Shown: positions 9,925 to 21,185, counted from the first letter of the stretch. The stretch is 64,000 bases of DNA from an uncultured Campylobacterales bacterium (GCA_902727925.1 CACVAW010000040.1:5075-69074), one strand, 5' to 3'. Numbers and translations: made by a program. Notes: generated from the letters alone by a model not told the origin.

Positions 9925-10825
9925 CCTCTTCTAACAGCTCTTTTGCTCCAAGAGTAATAAAAAGTTTTGCTATACTAGCTCCTGCTTCTTTATAATATTT
10001 TTTATCAAAACAAATTTTTTGTTTGATATATTTCATACTTTTAACTCCACCAACAATCGCAAGTATTTCTATTTTATCATCAATCAAGCAAGCATTTATG
10101 CCTATTGGTGTTTGACATCCACCCTCTAAATATCTTACAAAATCTCTTTCTATTGTAGTTTCAATAAAAGCTTTCTCATCATTTAAAAATTTAATTTTTT
10201 CTTCATTCCCTACTAAACACTCTATTGCAAGACTAGCTTGTCCCATGGCTGGCACCATTATATTCTTATCTATTCTATGAGTATACTTAACCTCATCACT
10301 AAGCTCAAGTCTATCAATTCCTGCACATGCGAGTATTATTGCGTCATATTCACTGTTTTTAAGCTTTTGTATTCTTGTATTAACATTGCCTCTTAAGTCT
10401 TTGATTATTAAGTCGGGTCTATATAAAAGAAGTTGAAGTTTTCTTCTTTGTGAAGTAGTCCCTACAACTGAATTTTTGGGTAAATTATCCAGAGTCTCAT
10501 ATTTTTGGCTTAAAAACATATCTCTAACATCTGCTCTAGTAGTAATTGCTCCTATCATAAAACTCTCAGGTAAAACAACAGGAATATCTTTTAAGGAGTG
10601 TACAGCGATATCTGCTTTGCCATTAAGTATAGCAATTTCAAGTTCTTTTGTAAAAAGACCTTTACCACCTATTGCTGCGAGTGATCTATCGAGTATCTCA
10701 TCACCTCTTGTACTGTACTCTTGTACTGTCACTTCGCAATTATATTTGTCTTTTAATTGTTTTTGTATATTGTAAGATTGCCAAAGAGCCAGCTTACTGG
10801 CTCTTGATGCTATATTTATTTCCAT
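9917..10825 (-). CDS. hemC: hydroxymethylbilane synthase (porphobilinogen deaminase)
   Basis: Motifs are ASRASKLALWQ, HSLKDIP, LRGNVNTR and the C-terminal GGCQTPIG. Confidence 0.9.
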   Translation of the reverse strand: MEINIASRASKLALWQSYNIQKQLKDKYNCEVTVQEYSTRGDEILDRSLAAIGGKGLFTKELEIAILNGKADIAVHSLKDIPVVLPESFMIGAITTRADVRDMFLSQKYETLDNLPKNSVVGTTSQRRKLQLLLYRPDLIIKDLRGNVNTRIQKLKNSEYDAIILACAGIDRLELSDEVKYTHRIDKNIMVPAMGQASLAIECLVGNEEKIKFLNDEKAFIETTIERDFVRYLEGGCQTPIGINACLIDDKIEILAIVGGVKSMKYIKQKICFDKKYYKEAGASIAKLFITLGAKELLEEAI

Positions 10826-10837
10826 ACTATGAGAGTA

Positions 10838-11638
10838 TTATTTAATCAAACTTGCATAATCTCTAGTAAACTCACCATTTACAAAGATTGCAGGTGTTCC
10901 ACTAATAGAAAGATTGTTTGCTAAATCCATATCAGCTTGAAGTTTTTTATCCAAACCTTCAATATCTTTCATTACTAGGTTTGTACCAACCTGAGCGTTA
11001 TATGCTTTTAATAACTCGTCATCCAAGTTAGGACTCAAATCAAAATCTGCTAAATAAGCTTTTTTTACAGCACTTAGATTATTGTTTTTAATAATATCAG
11101 CGATTATAAGCTTGCTTATAAATTTTGCTTTTGGATGCATCTTAAGAGGATAGTGATAATAATATAAAGCAATTTTATCTACATTTTTTTCTGCATATGT
11201 TATTAACTCAGGTATAGTTCTTTTACAAGATGGACATCTTGGATCTGAAAAAACTACTATTTTATTTTTTGCAGTTGCTTTTCCTGATATCAAATGAGCA
11301 TCATTATAAATACTTTTTGGCAAATCTGGATATGTACTCATTTTTAAATCTTGCTTAGTAGCCATATCTATAAAGCCTGTACTAAGAAACTTACCATTAG
11401 AAAAAACTTTTTCAGGAGCTTCAAAAATCTCACCTGTATTTTTGTCTTTTAACTTAAACTTCACAAAGTAAGCTTTATAGTCACCTAACCCAGCAACCTC
11501 TTTACTTCCAACTATATCAACTGATATCAACTCAACATATTTATTGTATTTCATAATTTCTGTGAAATACTCTTTTAGTTTAGCTTCAAAAGAAAACAAC
11601 GAACTAATTACAAACAACAAAGAAAACAAAATTTTCAT
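10838..11638 (-). CDS. periplasmic thiol:disulfide interchange protein (DsbA/DsbC-like thioredoxin fold)
   Basis: Signal peptide, a CPSC active-site motif (FSDPRCPSCKR) and a GTP cis-Pro loop near the C-terminus. Confidence 0.7.
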   Translation of the reverse strand: MKILFSLLFVISSLFSFEAKLKEYFTEIMKYNKYVELISVDIVGSKEVAGLGDYKAYFVKFKLKDKNTGEIFEAPEKVFSNGKFLSTGFIDMATKQDLKMSTYPDLPKSIYNDAHLISGKATAKNKIVVFSDPRCPSCKRTIPELITYAEKNVDKIALYYYHYPLKMHPKAKFISKLIIADIIKNNNLSAVKKAYLADFDLSPNLDDELLKAYNAQVGTNLVMKDIEGLDKKLQADMDLANNLSISGTPAIFVNGEFTRDYASLIK

Positions 11639-11650
11639 AAAAATCCTTTT

Positions 11651-12277
11651 TTAAAATTTAAACGTAAATGATAACATAAGTGAATAGAGTTTGTCCATCT
11701 CTAAAGATGAAGCAACGTCATCATAATGTAAAGTAACATCTCCATCAAAGAACAAATACTCAAACCTAAGGTCTAACCCAAAGTTAAGTTCATGATACTC
11801 ATACCCAACATGTACCCCATAAGCTAAACTATTAAGTTTAACTTTAGTCTCTGTAAAATCATAATTACGATTATCAGCAATTGGATTATCAAGCTTTAGC
11901 TTATGTGTACCTATACTACCACCAACAAAATATCTACTACTATTAACCGGTTTAAAAATATAATCAAACCCAACAGAATACAGATTCATATCTCCATTTG
12001 TGATAGATTTAAAATCATACATACTTACATAAATTCTCTCTCCATAAAACTGAGCACCTAAAGAGTATTTGAAAAAACTTCCATCATTTATTTGTTCATC
12101 TACAGTTCCACTTGGAGTTGACTCTTTTGCTTCTATCCTATTTTCACCCATATTAAAAGTAAAGAAAGCTTTTTCATAAGCAAATAAATCATTCCAAACA
12201 TAATCAAGCGAATTTGAAAAAGCATTTCCAAAAAGTGTAGTACTAACGATTATTGTAGCAATGAATGATTTTAACAT
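11651..12277 (-). CDS. small outer-membrane beta-barrel protein
   Basis: Signal peptide, alternating aromatic/hydrophobic strands and a C-terminal F (LSFTFKF). Confidence 0.55.
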   Translation of the reverse strand: MLKSFIATIIVSTTLFGNAFSNSLDYVWNDLFAYEKAFFTFNMGENRIEAKESTPSGTVDEQINDGSFFKYSLGAQFYGERIYVSMYDFKSITNGDMNLYSVGFDYIFKPVNSSRYFVGGSIGTHKLKLDNPIADNRNYDFTETKVKLNSLAYGVHVGYEYHELNFGLDLRFEYLFFDGDVTLHYDDVASSLEMDKLYSLMLSFTFKF

Positions 12278-12320
12278 TTAATTATCCTATAGTTTTATCT
12301 GAGCATTATACAATACACTT

Positions 12321-13160
12321 ATGAATTTTGATATAAAACTTGGATTACTAAACACTCTTAAAATTAATGAACAATCTGAATATGGACTTTACTTATCATC
12401 ATCAAATGGTGAGGAAGTGTTATTACCTAATATATATACTACTAAAAGTATGAAAATAGGTCACGAAATAGATGTTTTTATATATCTTGATAGTGAAGAT
12501 AGAATAGTAGCTACTACATTAAGTCCAAAACTAAAATTAAATGAATTTGGTTTTTTGAAAATTGTAGACTCAACTGAATTTGGTTTTTTTCTTGATTGGG
12601 GATTACCCAAAGATATTTATATGCCGTTAAGATTTGCCAAAGACCATTTTAGAGTTGGTAATGAAGTCTTCGTATATATAACTCTTAACAAATCTGAAGA
12701 TAAAATAATAGCTGTTAATAAATATGAAAGATTTTTAAACTCTGAAATAAATTTACGAAAAAATCAAAAAGTATCTTCTTTTGTAACTAAAAAAACAGAA
12801 CTAGGCTATGCCTGTATAGTAAATAATCTATATAATGGAATACTATATGGCGATGAAGTTCACCAGAGACTTGAACTAGGTTCTACTGTAGAGTCCTATG
12901 TAAAAAAGATCAGAACGGACAATAAACTTGATCTTAGTATTAATCCTATAGGCAATACAAAATTTGATGTAAATTCTCAAAAAATATTAGAGATTTTAAA
13001 ACAAAACAATGAAAATATGCCTTATAATTACAAAAGTGATGCTGAAGATATTAAAGACAATTTTTTTATGAGCAAAAAAACTTTTAAAAAATCTCTAACA
13101 CTACTAAACGATAAAAAACTAATATCTATTGATGAAAATGGTATAAGAATATGCAAATAA
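12321..13160 (+). CDS. S1 RNA-binding-domain protein (CvfB/YitL-like)
   Basis: 279 aa with repeated S1-like segments and a C-terminal winged-helix-like tail. Recognised by pattern only. Confidence 0.6.
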   Translation: MNFDIKLGLLNTLKINEQSEYGLYLSSSNGEEVLLPNIYTTKSMKIGHEIDVFIYLDSEDRIVATTLSPKLKLNEFGFLKIVDSTEFGFFLDWGLPKDIYMPLRFAKDHFRVGNEVFVYITLNKSEDKIIAVNKYERFLNSEINLRKNQKVSSFVTKKTELGYACIVNNLYNGILYGDEVHQRLELGSTVESYVKKIRTDNKLDLSINPIGNTKFDVNSQKILEILKQNNENMPYNYKSDAEDIKDNFFMSKKTFKKSLTLLNDKKLISIDENGIRICK

Positions 13161-14986
13161 AAGATAATATTAAAGACAAGAGTATAGATGAGCTAAAAGA
13201 TCTCTGCCAAACACTAAGAGATAAAATCATTCAAACTCTTAGTGTAAATGGGGGTCACCTAGGATCTTCACTTGGAGCAATTGAATTAATCGTAGCTATG
13301 CATTATGTCTTTGATTCAAAGAGTGATCCCTTTATATACGATGTCTCACATCAAGCTTATGCACATAAACTTCTTACTAATAGATGGGATAGCTTTGATA
13401 CATTAAGACAGTTTAATGGCATAAGTGGCTTTATAAAGCCTGATGAAAGTGAAGATGATTTTTTCATAGCTGGACATAGCTCAACATCTATATCACTTGC
13501 TGTTGGAGCTGCTAAAAAATTTAAACTCAAAAATGAAGACAATATTCCAATAGCACTAATTGGCGATGGTTCAATGAGTGCTGGAATGGTATATGAGGCA
13601 ATGAATGAGCTTGGAGACCAAAAATACCCAGCGATAATACTACTTAATGATAATGAAATGAGTATTGCAAAACCAATAGGAGCAATAAGTAATTATCTCT
13701 CCCAAATAATGGCAAGTCCTTTTTATAAAAAATTTAAAGGTGGCGTTGAAAATATTTTACATTACCTTCCTGACAGTGCTGAATATATGGCAAAAAGATT
13801 TGAAGATGGATTCAAACTAATAACTCCAGGACTACTCTTTGAAGAGCTAGGTATTGAGTATATCGGACCTATTAATGGACACAATATAGAACAAGTCATA
13901 AATACTCTAAAAAAAGCTAAAAACTTAAAAAAACCAGTAATAATACATGCCCAAACAATAAAAGGCAAAGGCTATACACCAGCTGAAGGACCTCATGAAA
14001 AATGGCACGGAGTTGGTCCATTTGATATAAAAACAGGAACATCTACAAAAGCCAAAAGTACTTCTAAGAGTGCTACTCAAATATTTAGTGATCACTTATA
14101 TGAACTAGCTTCAAAAAATGAAAATATAGTAGGATTAACTGCTGCTATGCCAGGAGGAACTGGTATAGATAAACTAATGCAAGAATATCCAAATAGATTT
14201 TGGGATGTAGGAATTGCTGAACAACACTCTGTAACATCTGCTGCAAGTATGGCAAAACTTGGATTACGACCATTTATTGCTATATATTCTACATTTTTAC
14301 AACGTGCTTATGATCAGATTATACATGATGTTAGTATTATGAACTTACCTGTGATATTTGCCATAGATAGAGCTGGAATTGTAGGAGCTGATGGAGAAAC
14401 TCATCAAGGTGCATTTGATGTATCATATCTTAGAACTATTCCTAATATGACTTTACTCGCTCCAAGAGATGAACAAAGCCTTAAAAATATCATGGACTAT
14501 ACCCTAACACATACATCATCTCCTATAGCATTTAGATATCCAAGAGGTGGATTTGAGCGTTTAGAATTTTCACATACACAAGTAGAACTAGGTAAGTCAG
14601 AACTTCTTAAAGAATCTAATTTAGATACCTTATTCATATCTTATGGAACAAGTATCAACAAAGCCCTAGCTGTATCGAAAAGCCTTGAACTTAATGTAGC
14701 TTTACTTGACCTAGTATTTGTAAAACCACTTGATATTAATATGTTAATTAAACTAAGTAAAAAACATACAAAATGGTATATATTCAGTGATAGTTCAAAG
14801 ATGGGCGGTGTAGCAAGTGCTATTATGGAAGCACTAAGTGAGCACAACATAACTGATATTCAAATAAAATCTTTTGAATTTCCAGATACATTTATACCTC
14901 ATGGAGATAATGCAAATATCGAAAAACTCCTAAAAATAGATACCCAGAGTATCACAAAACAGATAAAAGAAGAACTATGCTTATAA
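13151..14986 (+). CDS. dxs: 1-deoxy-D-xylulose-5-phosphate synthase
   Basis: 611 aa. Motifs are GGHLGSSLG, DVSHQAYAHK, GDGSMSAGM and IAEQH. Confidence 0.95.
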   Translation: MQIKDNIKDKSIDELKDLCQTLRDKIIQTLSVNGGHLGSSLGAIELIVAMHYVFDSKSDPFIYDVSHQAYAHKLLTNRWDSFDTLRQFNGISGFIKPDESEDDFFIAGHSSTSISLAVGAAKKFKLKNEDNIPIALIGDGSMSAGMVYEAMNELGDQKYPAIILLNDNEMSIAKPIGAISNYLSQIMASPFYKKFKGGVENILHYLPDSAEYMAKRFEDGFKLITPGLLFEELGIEYIGPINGHNIEQVINTLKKAKNLKKPVIIHAQTIKGKGYTPAEGPHEKWHGVGPFDIKTGTSTKAKSTSKSATQIFSDHLYELASKNENIVGLTAAMPGGTGIDKLMQEYPNRFWDVGIAEQHSVTSAASMAKLGLRPFIAIYSTFLQRAYDQIIHDVSIMNLPVIFAIDRAGIVGADGETHQGAFDVSYLRTIPNMTLLAPRDEQSLKNIMDYTLTHTSSPIAFRYPRGGFERLEFSHTQVELGKSELLKESNLDTLFISYGTSINKALAVSKSLELNVALLDLVFVKPLDINMLIKLSKKHTKWYIFSDSSKMGGVASAIMEALSEHNITDIQIKSFEFPDTFIPHGDNANIEKLLKIDTQSITKQIKEELCL

Positions 14987-15822
14987 TAATAGGAAATGAA
15001 TACCAACTACTAAAAAATGAAATTAGCTTACTTGAAAATAAATTTGGGAATATCAAATATAGCTTAGAATACGATCCATCTACAAAAGAGACTATTCTTT
15101 TAAATAAAAGCAATCAAATCAGTACTAAAAAAAACATACATACTCTTGAAGAGTTTTTACCTAAATACCTAAAAAAATGCTATATCCCAAAAAATATAGA
15201 TAACTCCGAAATACACTATGATATTAAAAGCTATAGCTTCTTTCAAAAATTTCAAAAAAAATGTATTGATTTTTTTGGTATTTTTTGGTTATTCTTTTTT
15301 TCTTGGCCAGTGATGATTAAATGCAAAAATCAAATCAAAAAAGAGTCTCCTGGTCCAGTTTTATACAAACAAAAAAGGGTTGGAAAAAACAACAAAGAAT
15401 TTACTTGTATGAAATTTCGTAGTATGAAACTTGATGCTGAAAAACACGGCGTACAATTTGCTCAAGAAGACGATGATAGAATATTCCCTTGGGGTGAAGT
15501 TATGCGAAAAACTAGATTTGATGAACTCCCTCAAATGTATAATATACTTAAAGGCGAAATGCACTTAATAGGACCCAGACCTGAACGTAAATACTGGACT
15601 GATAAATTTGAAAAAACAATTCCTTCTTATAGCAAAAGACACAAAGTATCTCCTGGTATTACAGGATGGGCTCAAGTAAATTATCCATACGGAGAAAATG
15701 AAGAGGATGCAAGACAAAAATTAATGTATGACTTATATTATATAAAACATTGGAATATACTACTTGAACTTAGTATTGTTTACAAAACGATGCTAACTGT
15801 AGTACGCAAAAAAGGGGTTTGA
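14977..15822 (+). CDS. polyprenyl-phosphate sugar phosphotransferase (bacterial sugar transferase family)
   Basis: Motifs are PGPVLYKQKRVGKN, KFRSM, DELPQ and GPRPE. It overlaps the dxs stop by 10 nt. Confidence 0.8.
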   Translation: MLIIIGNEYQLLKNEISLLENKFGNIKYSLEYDPSTKETILLNKSNQISTKKNIHTLEEFLPKYLKKCYIPKNIDNSEIHYDIKSYSFFQKFQKKCIDFFGIFWLFFFSWPVMIKCKNQIKKESPGPVLYKQKRVGKNNKEFTCMKFRSMKLDAEKHGVQFAQEDDDRIFPWGEVMRKTRFDELPQMYNILKGEMHLIGPRPERKYWTDKFEKTIPSYSKRHKVSPGITGWAQVNYPYGENEEDARQKLMYDLYYIKHWNILLELSIVYKTMLTVVRKKGV

Positions 15823-15869
15823 TATCAAATTATGGGTTATGAATTATTAATAATAAATTTTAGGATGTT

Positions 15870-16367
15870 TTGATGGAACACATATACGCTCCTTGGAGAA
15901 CCGAATATGTTTCAAACAAAGATAAATCTAGCTGTGTATTTTGTGATATTGTAAGTTCAAAAGAAGATGATGAACTTGGAGTTTTATACAAAGATGAATA
16001 TTGTTTTATTGTTATGAATAAATATCCATATACCCCTGGACATTTTTTGATAATACCAAACTTTCATACTGATAATCTTGAAACTCTTAATACTGATGTT
16101 TGGATAAGAATCAATATTCTTGCCCAGCAAGGTGTAGCTATGCTTAAAAATGAGCTTAATGCCAAAGGTGTCAATATAGGTATGAACTTAGGTGTAAATG
16201 CAGGAGCTGGCATAGCTGAGCATATACACTTGCATTTAGTTCCACGTTGGAATAATGATAGTAACTTTATAACAACAATTTCAAATTCTCGTGTCTATTC
16301 TATAGACTTTGACAAAATTTACAATAAACTAAAATCAAAAAGTCACTTATATTTTAAAGTACCCTAA
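15870..16367 (+). CDS. HIT-family nucleotide hydrolase/transferase
   Basis: The histidine triad is HIHLHLVPR. 165 aa. Confidence 0.8.
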   Translation: MMEHIYAPWRTEYVSNKDKSSCVFCDIVSSKEDDELGVLYKDEYCFIVMNKYPYTPGHFLIIPNFHTDNLETLNTDVWIRINILAQQGVAMLKNELNAKGVNIGMNLGVNAGAGIAEHIHLHLVPRWNNDSNFITTISNSRVYSIDFDKIYNKLKSKSHLYFKVP

Positions 16368-16371
16368 TAGT

Positions 16372-16689
16372 ATGAGAGCACTTGGAAATATTGCAGAAAC
16401 AAAAGCTTGTAAATATCTTATAAAAAATGATTTTGACATCCTTGAAAGAAACTTTTATTCAAGATTTGGAGAGCTTGATATCATAGCTTTTAAAAACAAT
16501 ATCCTTCATTTTGTAGAAGTAAAAAGTGGACAATACAATCCGATAGAAAACATAACATCATCAAAAATCAAAAAACTAATTAAAACTATTGATTTTTACT
16601 TAAATACAAAAAAACTAAACTTCGACTATTGTTTAGATGCCATTATAGTAACAGACAAAATAGAATTTATAGAAAATATCACTCTTTAG
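16372..16689 (+). CDS. YraN-family (UPF0102) endonuclease-like protein
   Basis: 105 aa. GELDIIA...FVEVK matches the PD-(D/E)xK pattern characteristic of YraN. Confidence 0.7.
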   Translation: MRALGNIAETKACKYLIKNDFDILERNFYSRFGELDIIAFKNNILHFVEVKSGQYNPIENITSSKIKKLIKTIDFYLNTKKLNFDYCLDAIIVTDKIEFIENITL

Positions 16690-17639
16690 TAAGCACCTTT
16701 TCGTAAAATCATAACTTTAATCGTTTCAAAAATAATTTTAATATCTTGAATCAATGACTTTTCATCAATATACTTCATATCTAAAGCAACTCTATCATCA
16801 TAATCAATATCATTTCGACCACTTACTTGCCAAAGACCAGTAACTCCTGGTTTTACACTAAATAACTTATCTGCATATTTACCATATTTTTCTATCTCAT
16901 TTTCTACAATAGGTCTTGGCCCCACAACAGACATACTTCCACCAAGAGAGTTGAAAAACTGAGGAAGCTCATCTAAACTACTCTTACGCAAAAAACTACC
17001 TACAATAGGAATAATCCTTGGATCATTTTTTAATTTAAAATCTTTTTCATATTCTTCTTTTATTTCAGGGTGATCATTCAACCATCTATCAAGTACATTC
17101 TCAGCATCATTTATCATAGTACGAAACTTATAAACTCTAAAAAATTTCTTATTTTTACCCATTCTAAGTTGTGTAAAAATAATAGGTCCCTTAGGTGATT
17201 TTATTTTAATAAGAATAGCTATCACAAACATAGGAACCAAAACTATCGTTATAGCACCTAAAGAAAAACATATATCAAATACTCTTTTAAATATATTTTG
17301 AGATTTTCTTCCTGTAATTGCTTTTTGCAGTACAAAATTAAGCCTATTAATAGGAGCTTTTTTATGAAGAAAAATTTCTGAAAATTTCGAAAACGTGATT
17401 ATATTTACACCTAAAAACTCTAGTTCTGTAAGTAAACTTTGAAACCTTAAAGATAATTCTAACTCAAGATTAAGAACCAAATACCTTGGCTTCTGATTTT
17501 TAACTATTTCTATTATATACGCAATATTTTCTTTTTCACTATTATCAATCATATCTATTTGCTGAAATTCTTTAACTTTTGACTTTACACTAACTAAGTC
17601 TTTTTCTTCAACATAATATTTATCACCCAATATAATCAT
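16686..17639 (-). CDS. polyprenyl-phosphate sugar phosphotransferase (second paralog)
   Basis: Motifs are KGPIIFTQLRMGKN, KFRTM, DELPQ and GPRP. A single TM segment precedes the catalytic domain. Confidence 0.8.
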   Translation of the reverse strand: MIILGDKYYVEEKDLVSVKSKVKEFQQIDMIDNSEKENIAYIIEIVKNQKPRYLVLNLELELSLRFQSLLTELEFLGVNIITFSKFSEIFLHKKAPINRLNFVLQKAITGRKSQNIFKRVFDICFSLGAITIVLVPMFVIAILIKIKSPKGPIIFTQLRMGKNKKFFRVYKFRTMINDAENVLDRWLNDHPEIKEEYEKDFKLKNDPRIIPIVGSFLRKSSLDELPQFFNSLGGSMSVVGPRPIVENEIEKYGKYADKLFSVKPGVTGLWQVSGRNDIDYDDRVALDMKYIDEKSLIQDIKIIFETIKVMILRKGAY

Positions 17640-18502
17640 TTTATTCCTATTTCCGTCAATATAAATATAAAAAATATAATTCCTAAATATCCATTAAGTG
17701 TGAAAAAAGCTTTATTAATTTGTTTTAAACCTTTTCTAACAATCAAGTGTTCACAAATAAGAATAATAACTGAAATTATAGTACCTATTATAGCAAATAT
17801 TCCTAAAGAAGCTTGATATATAAATAATGCCCAAAAAATAGATGTAAATACATGAAAAATTAATGATATAAGCAATGTTTTATGTACTCCAAATTTTGCA
17901 GGAATTGAGTGCAAACCATGCTTTTTATCAAACGCCTCATCTTGCAAAGAATAAAGCAAATCAAATCCTGCTACCCAAAAGATAACCCCAAGACTAAGAA
18001 ATATACTCCATAAATTAATACTTCCGCTTACAGCAATAACCCCAGCAAGAGGAGCTAGTCCAAGAGTTATACCCAAAACAATATGAGCTAAATAAGAAAA
18101 TCTCTTAACAAAAGAGTAAAACCCTAAAAAACAAAGTACAGGAACACTAAGAAAAAAAGCTGTAATATTTATAAAATATGCAACAATAACAAAAACTAAT
18201 GCATTAATACTCATAAAAAGTATCATATTAAATTTACTAATTCGCCCATCCACACTTGGTCTGTTTTTTGTTCTTGGATTAAGTGCGTCATGTTTTGCAT
18301 CTATATATCTATTAAAACTCATAGCAAAGTTTCTTGCACTTATAGTAGCTAGTACGGCTAAGAAAAACACTTTCCATCCTATAAGAATAGACCCATCAAT
18401 ATGATACTGCTCAACAAAAATTGCTATAAAAATAAAAGGCATAGAAAAAATAGTATGTTTAAACATTACAAGTTCGTTAATATTTTTTAGTTGATTTAAC
18501 AT
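17636..18502 (-). CDS. UbiA-family aromatic prenyltransferase
   Basis: Polytopic membrane protein with NRYIDAKHD and DLLYSLQDEAFD Asp-rich motifs. Confidence 0.8.
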   Translation of the reverse strand: MLNQLKNINELVMFKHTIFSMPFIFIAIFVEQYHIDGSILIGWKVFFLAVLATISARNFAMSFNRYIDAKHDALNPRTKNRPSVDGRISKFNMILFMSINALVFVIVAYFINITAFFLSVPVLCFLGFYSFVKRFSYLAHIVLGITLGLAPLAGVIAVSGSINLWSIFLSLGVIFWVAGFDLLYSLQDEAFDKKHGLHSIPAKFGVHKTLLISLIFHVFTSIFWALFIYQASLGIFAIIGTIISVIILICEHLIVRKGLKQINKAFFTLNGYLGIIFFIFILTEIGIK

Positions 18503-18587
18503 GCAAAAAGCCTTTAATTATGGTAGTAAAAACTTACAATTATATTAAATACTGCTTTGATTAAAATATTTTAGCTAGAATCTTGCG

Positions 18588-19388
18588 ATGAAGAAAAAAT
18601 ATATTGCCAAAAAAAAATTTGGTCAAAACTTCTTAAAAGATGATTATGTCTTAAATAAGATCATCCAATCGATGCCCCAAAGTAACCTTAAAACAGTTGA
18701 AATAGGGCCTGGCTTAGGTGATTTAACCCACAAGATGGTGGATAAATACAAAGTAGAAGCTTTTGAAATAGATAAAGATCTTTTTCTAGTATTGAAAAAA
18801 AAGTTTTCAAAAGAGATTGAAAACGGTTTTTTAAGTATAAATAATGTTGATGTTCTTGATGTTTGGGATGAAAACCTCATTGATGAGCCTTATAACTTAG
18901 TAGCTAATTTACCATATTATATATCTACAAGAATTATTTTGAATGCTCTTATGGATAACAATTGTAAAAGTATTGTAGTTATGGTTCAGCGTGAAGTTGC
19001 TTTAAAGTTTGAGGAAAATATAAGTTCATCATTAAGCGTAATAGCAAACTTGGTCTCAAATACCAAAATACTTTTTGATGTGAGTCCAGAGTCTTTTGAC
19101 CCTGTACCAAAAGTAACATCATCAGTAATAAGATTTGACAAATTTACAAATTTTGTTGATAAAGATGGTATCTTTGAGAATAAAAAAAGACTAAACGAAT
19201 TTTTGAGTTTTTTGAAAATTTGTTTTAAAGCACCAAGAAAAACATTATTTAAAAACTTATCAAGTGATTTTGACAAAAACATAATAAAAAATGTTTTTGA
19301 AGATTCTGACATTGAGCAAAATACTAGACCTCATCAGCTTGCTACAAGTACCTATAAACAATTATTCGATGCTTTAAACGCATCATAA
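18588..19388 (+). CDS. rsmA: 16S rRNA (adenine1518/1519-N6)-dimethyltransferase
   Basis: Motifs are KKKFGQNFL, VEIGPGLGDLT and NLPYYIST. Confidence 0.9.
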   Translation: MKKKYIAKKKFGQNFLKDDYVLNKIIQSMPQSNLKTVEIGPGLGDLTHKMVDKYKVEAFEIDKDLFLVLKKKFSKEIENGFLSINNVDVLDVWDENLIDEPYNLVANLPYYISTRIILNALMDNNCKSIVVMVQREVALKFEENISSSLSVIANLVSNTKILFDVSPESFDPVPKVTSSVIRFDKFTNFVDKDGIFENKKRLNEFLSFLKICFKAPRKTLFKNLSSDFDKNIIKNVFEDSDIEQNTRPHQLATSTYKQLFDALNAS

Positions 19389-19400
19389 ATAAGGCATAAA

Positions 19401-21185
19401 ATGCAAAATAATAGATATAGAAGAAATAAAGTTAATGTATTCCAAGGTGAATGGTTTGAAAAAGTTAAAAAATCAATCCAATCAAATGAAGCAATTCATA
19501 GAAGAACACTCTTATCACACAATAAACTAAATACCGAAACTGATATAAAAGTAAAAATAACTCCTATCGGTGGACTTGGTGAAATTGGTGGTAATATGAC
19601 CGTCATAGAAACTGACAAAACTGCTATAGTAATTGATGTAGGGATAAACTTCCCTGATGAAACTATGCACGGTGTTGATATACTAATACCTGATTTTTCA
19701 TACTTACACAAAATAAGAAGTAAACTAAAAGCAATAATCATAACTCATGGTCACGAAGATCATATCGGTGCATTACCATACCTTTTTAAAGAGATTAAAA
19801 TACCGATTTATGCTACACCTCTTCCTCTTGGAATGATTGCACATAAGTTTGAAGAGCACGGGCTTAGCCGTGATGTGTCATATTTCAGACCAATAAGTAA
19901 AAGAAAAGTATATGATATAGCAGGATTTAAAATAGAATGGATTCATATGACTCACTCTATTATCGACTGTTCATCACTTGCAATTGATGCAGGAAGTGGA
20001 ACTATATTTCATACGGGAGACTTTAAAATAGATCATACTCCAGTAGATGGATATCCAACTGACTTAGGAAGAATCGCTTACTACGCAGAAAAAGGTATCC
20101 TTTGTTTATTAAGTGATAGTACAAACTCACATAAACCAGGAAGTACAAAAAGTGAAAAATCTGTAGGTCCAGTACTTGATAAAATATTTGCCAAAACAAA
20201 AGGCAGAATAATACTCTCTACATTCTCTTCAAATGTACATAGACTATACCAAGCTATAGAATCAGCACAAAAATACAATAGAAAAATATGTGTAATTGGT
20301 AGAAGTATGGAAAGAAACCTCGAAATTGCAAGAGAACTAAACTATATAAAAGTAGATAAAAATATATTTATCGAAACTCATGAAATAGAAAAATATACTG
20401 ATGATAATATATTAATTCTTACGACAGGATCACAAGGTGAACCTATGAGTGCGCTGTTTAGAATGGCAATAAACGAACATAGACATATCAAAATAAAAAA
20501 AGGTGATCAAGTAATCATATCAGCAAAAGCAATTCCAGGAAATGAAGGAAGTGTATCCACTGTACTTAACTACCTGCTTAAAGCTGGAGCAGATGTTGCA
20601 TATCAAGATTATCCAGACATTCATACATCAGGTCACGCAGCGCAAGAAGAACAAAAACTTCTTTTAAGAATTGCTAAACCAAAATTCTTCTTACCAATTC
20701 ACGGTGAGCATAACCATATTTTAAAACACAAACAAACAGCAGTTGAATGTGGAGTAGAAGAGAAAAATATATACCTAATGGATCACGGTGAGACTATAGA
20801 AGTACACCCAAAATATATCAAAAAAGTAGGCTCTGTAAAATCAGGTAAAGTCTTCATAGACAATAGAGCAAACAGAAGAATAGAAAACAAAGTGATTTAT
20901 CAAAGACAACAAATAGCATCTGATGGACTAATCACAATAATAGCCAGTATCAATGAAAGAAAACTTCTCAAAACTCCTAAAGTAGAATCTTATGGCCTAA
21001 TAGGTGATAGAGATATAGGATACTTCACAAAAGAGTTTGAAGGTCTAATCTCATTATTATTAGCTAATGAATCAAATAAATTCAATAATAATACTGATAT
21101 AGAAAGAGAAATATACAAATCTGTAAAAAAATATATGTTAAGAAAACTAAGTAAGTACCCTACTATATCTGTAACAGTAGTTTAA
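19401..21185 (+). CDS. rnj: ribonuclease J
   Basis: 594 aa. It has the metallo-beta-lactamase HGHEDHIG motif, a beta-CASP region and the HTSGHA motif. Confidence 0.9.
   Translation: MQNNRYRRNKVNVFQGEWFEKVKKSIQSNEAIHRRTLLSHNKLNTETDIKVKITPIGGLGEIGGNMTVIETDKTAIVIDVGINFPDETMHGVDILIPDFSYLHKIRSKLKAIIITHGHEDHIGALPYLFKEIKIPIYATPLPLGMIAHKFEEHGLSRDVSYFRPISKRKVYDIAGFKIEWIHMTHSIIDCSSLAIDAGSGTIFHTGDFKIDHTPVDGYPTDLGRIAYYAEKGILCLLSDSTNSHKPGSTKSEKSVGPVLDKIFAKTKGRIILSTFSSNVHRLYQAIESAQKYNRKICVIGRSMERNLEIARELNYIKVDKNIFIETHEIEKYTDDNILILTTGSQGEPMSALFRMAINEHRHIKIKKGDQVIISAKAIPGNEGSVSTVLNYLLKAGADVAYQDYPDIHTSGHAAQEEQKLLLRIAKPKFFLPIHGEHNHILKHKQTAVECGVEEKNIYLMDHGETIEVHPKYIKKVGSVKSGKVFIDNRANRRIENKVIYQRQQIASDGLITIIASINERKLLKTPKVESYGLIGDRDIGYFTKEFEGLISLLLANESNKFNNNTDIEREIYKSVKKYMLRKLSKYPTISVTVV

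Noticed and set aside
14977-17639. Two paralogous sugar-phosphotransferase genes flank HIT and YraN genes. I considered whether this is a glycan or defence cassette.
   Set aside because: All four are common conserved families. The transferases are in separate, convergently oriented transcription units, and nothing links HIT or YraN to them beyond proximity.
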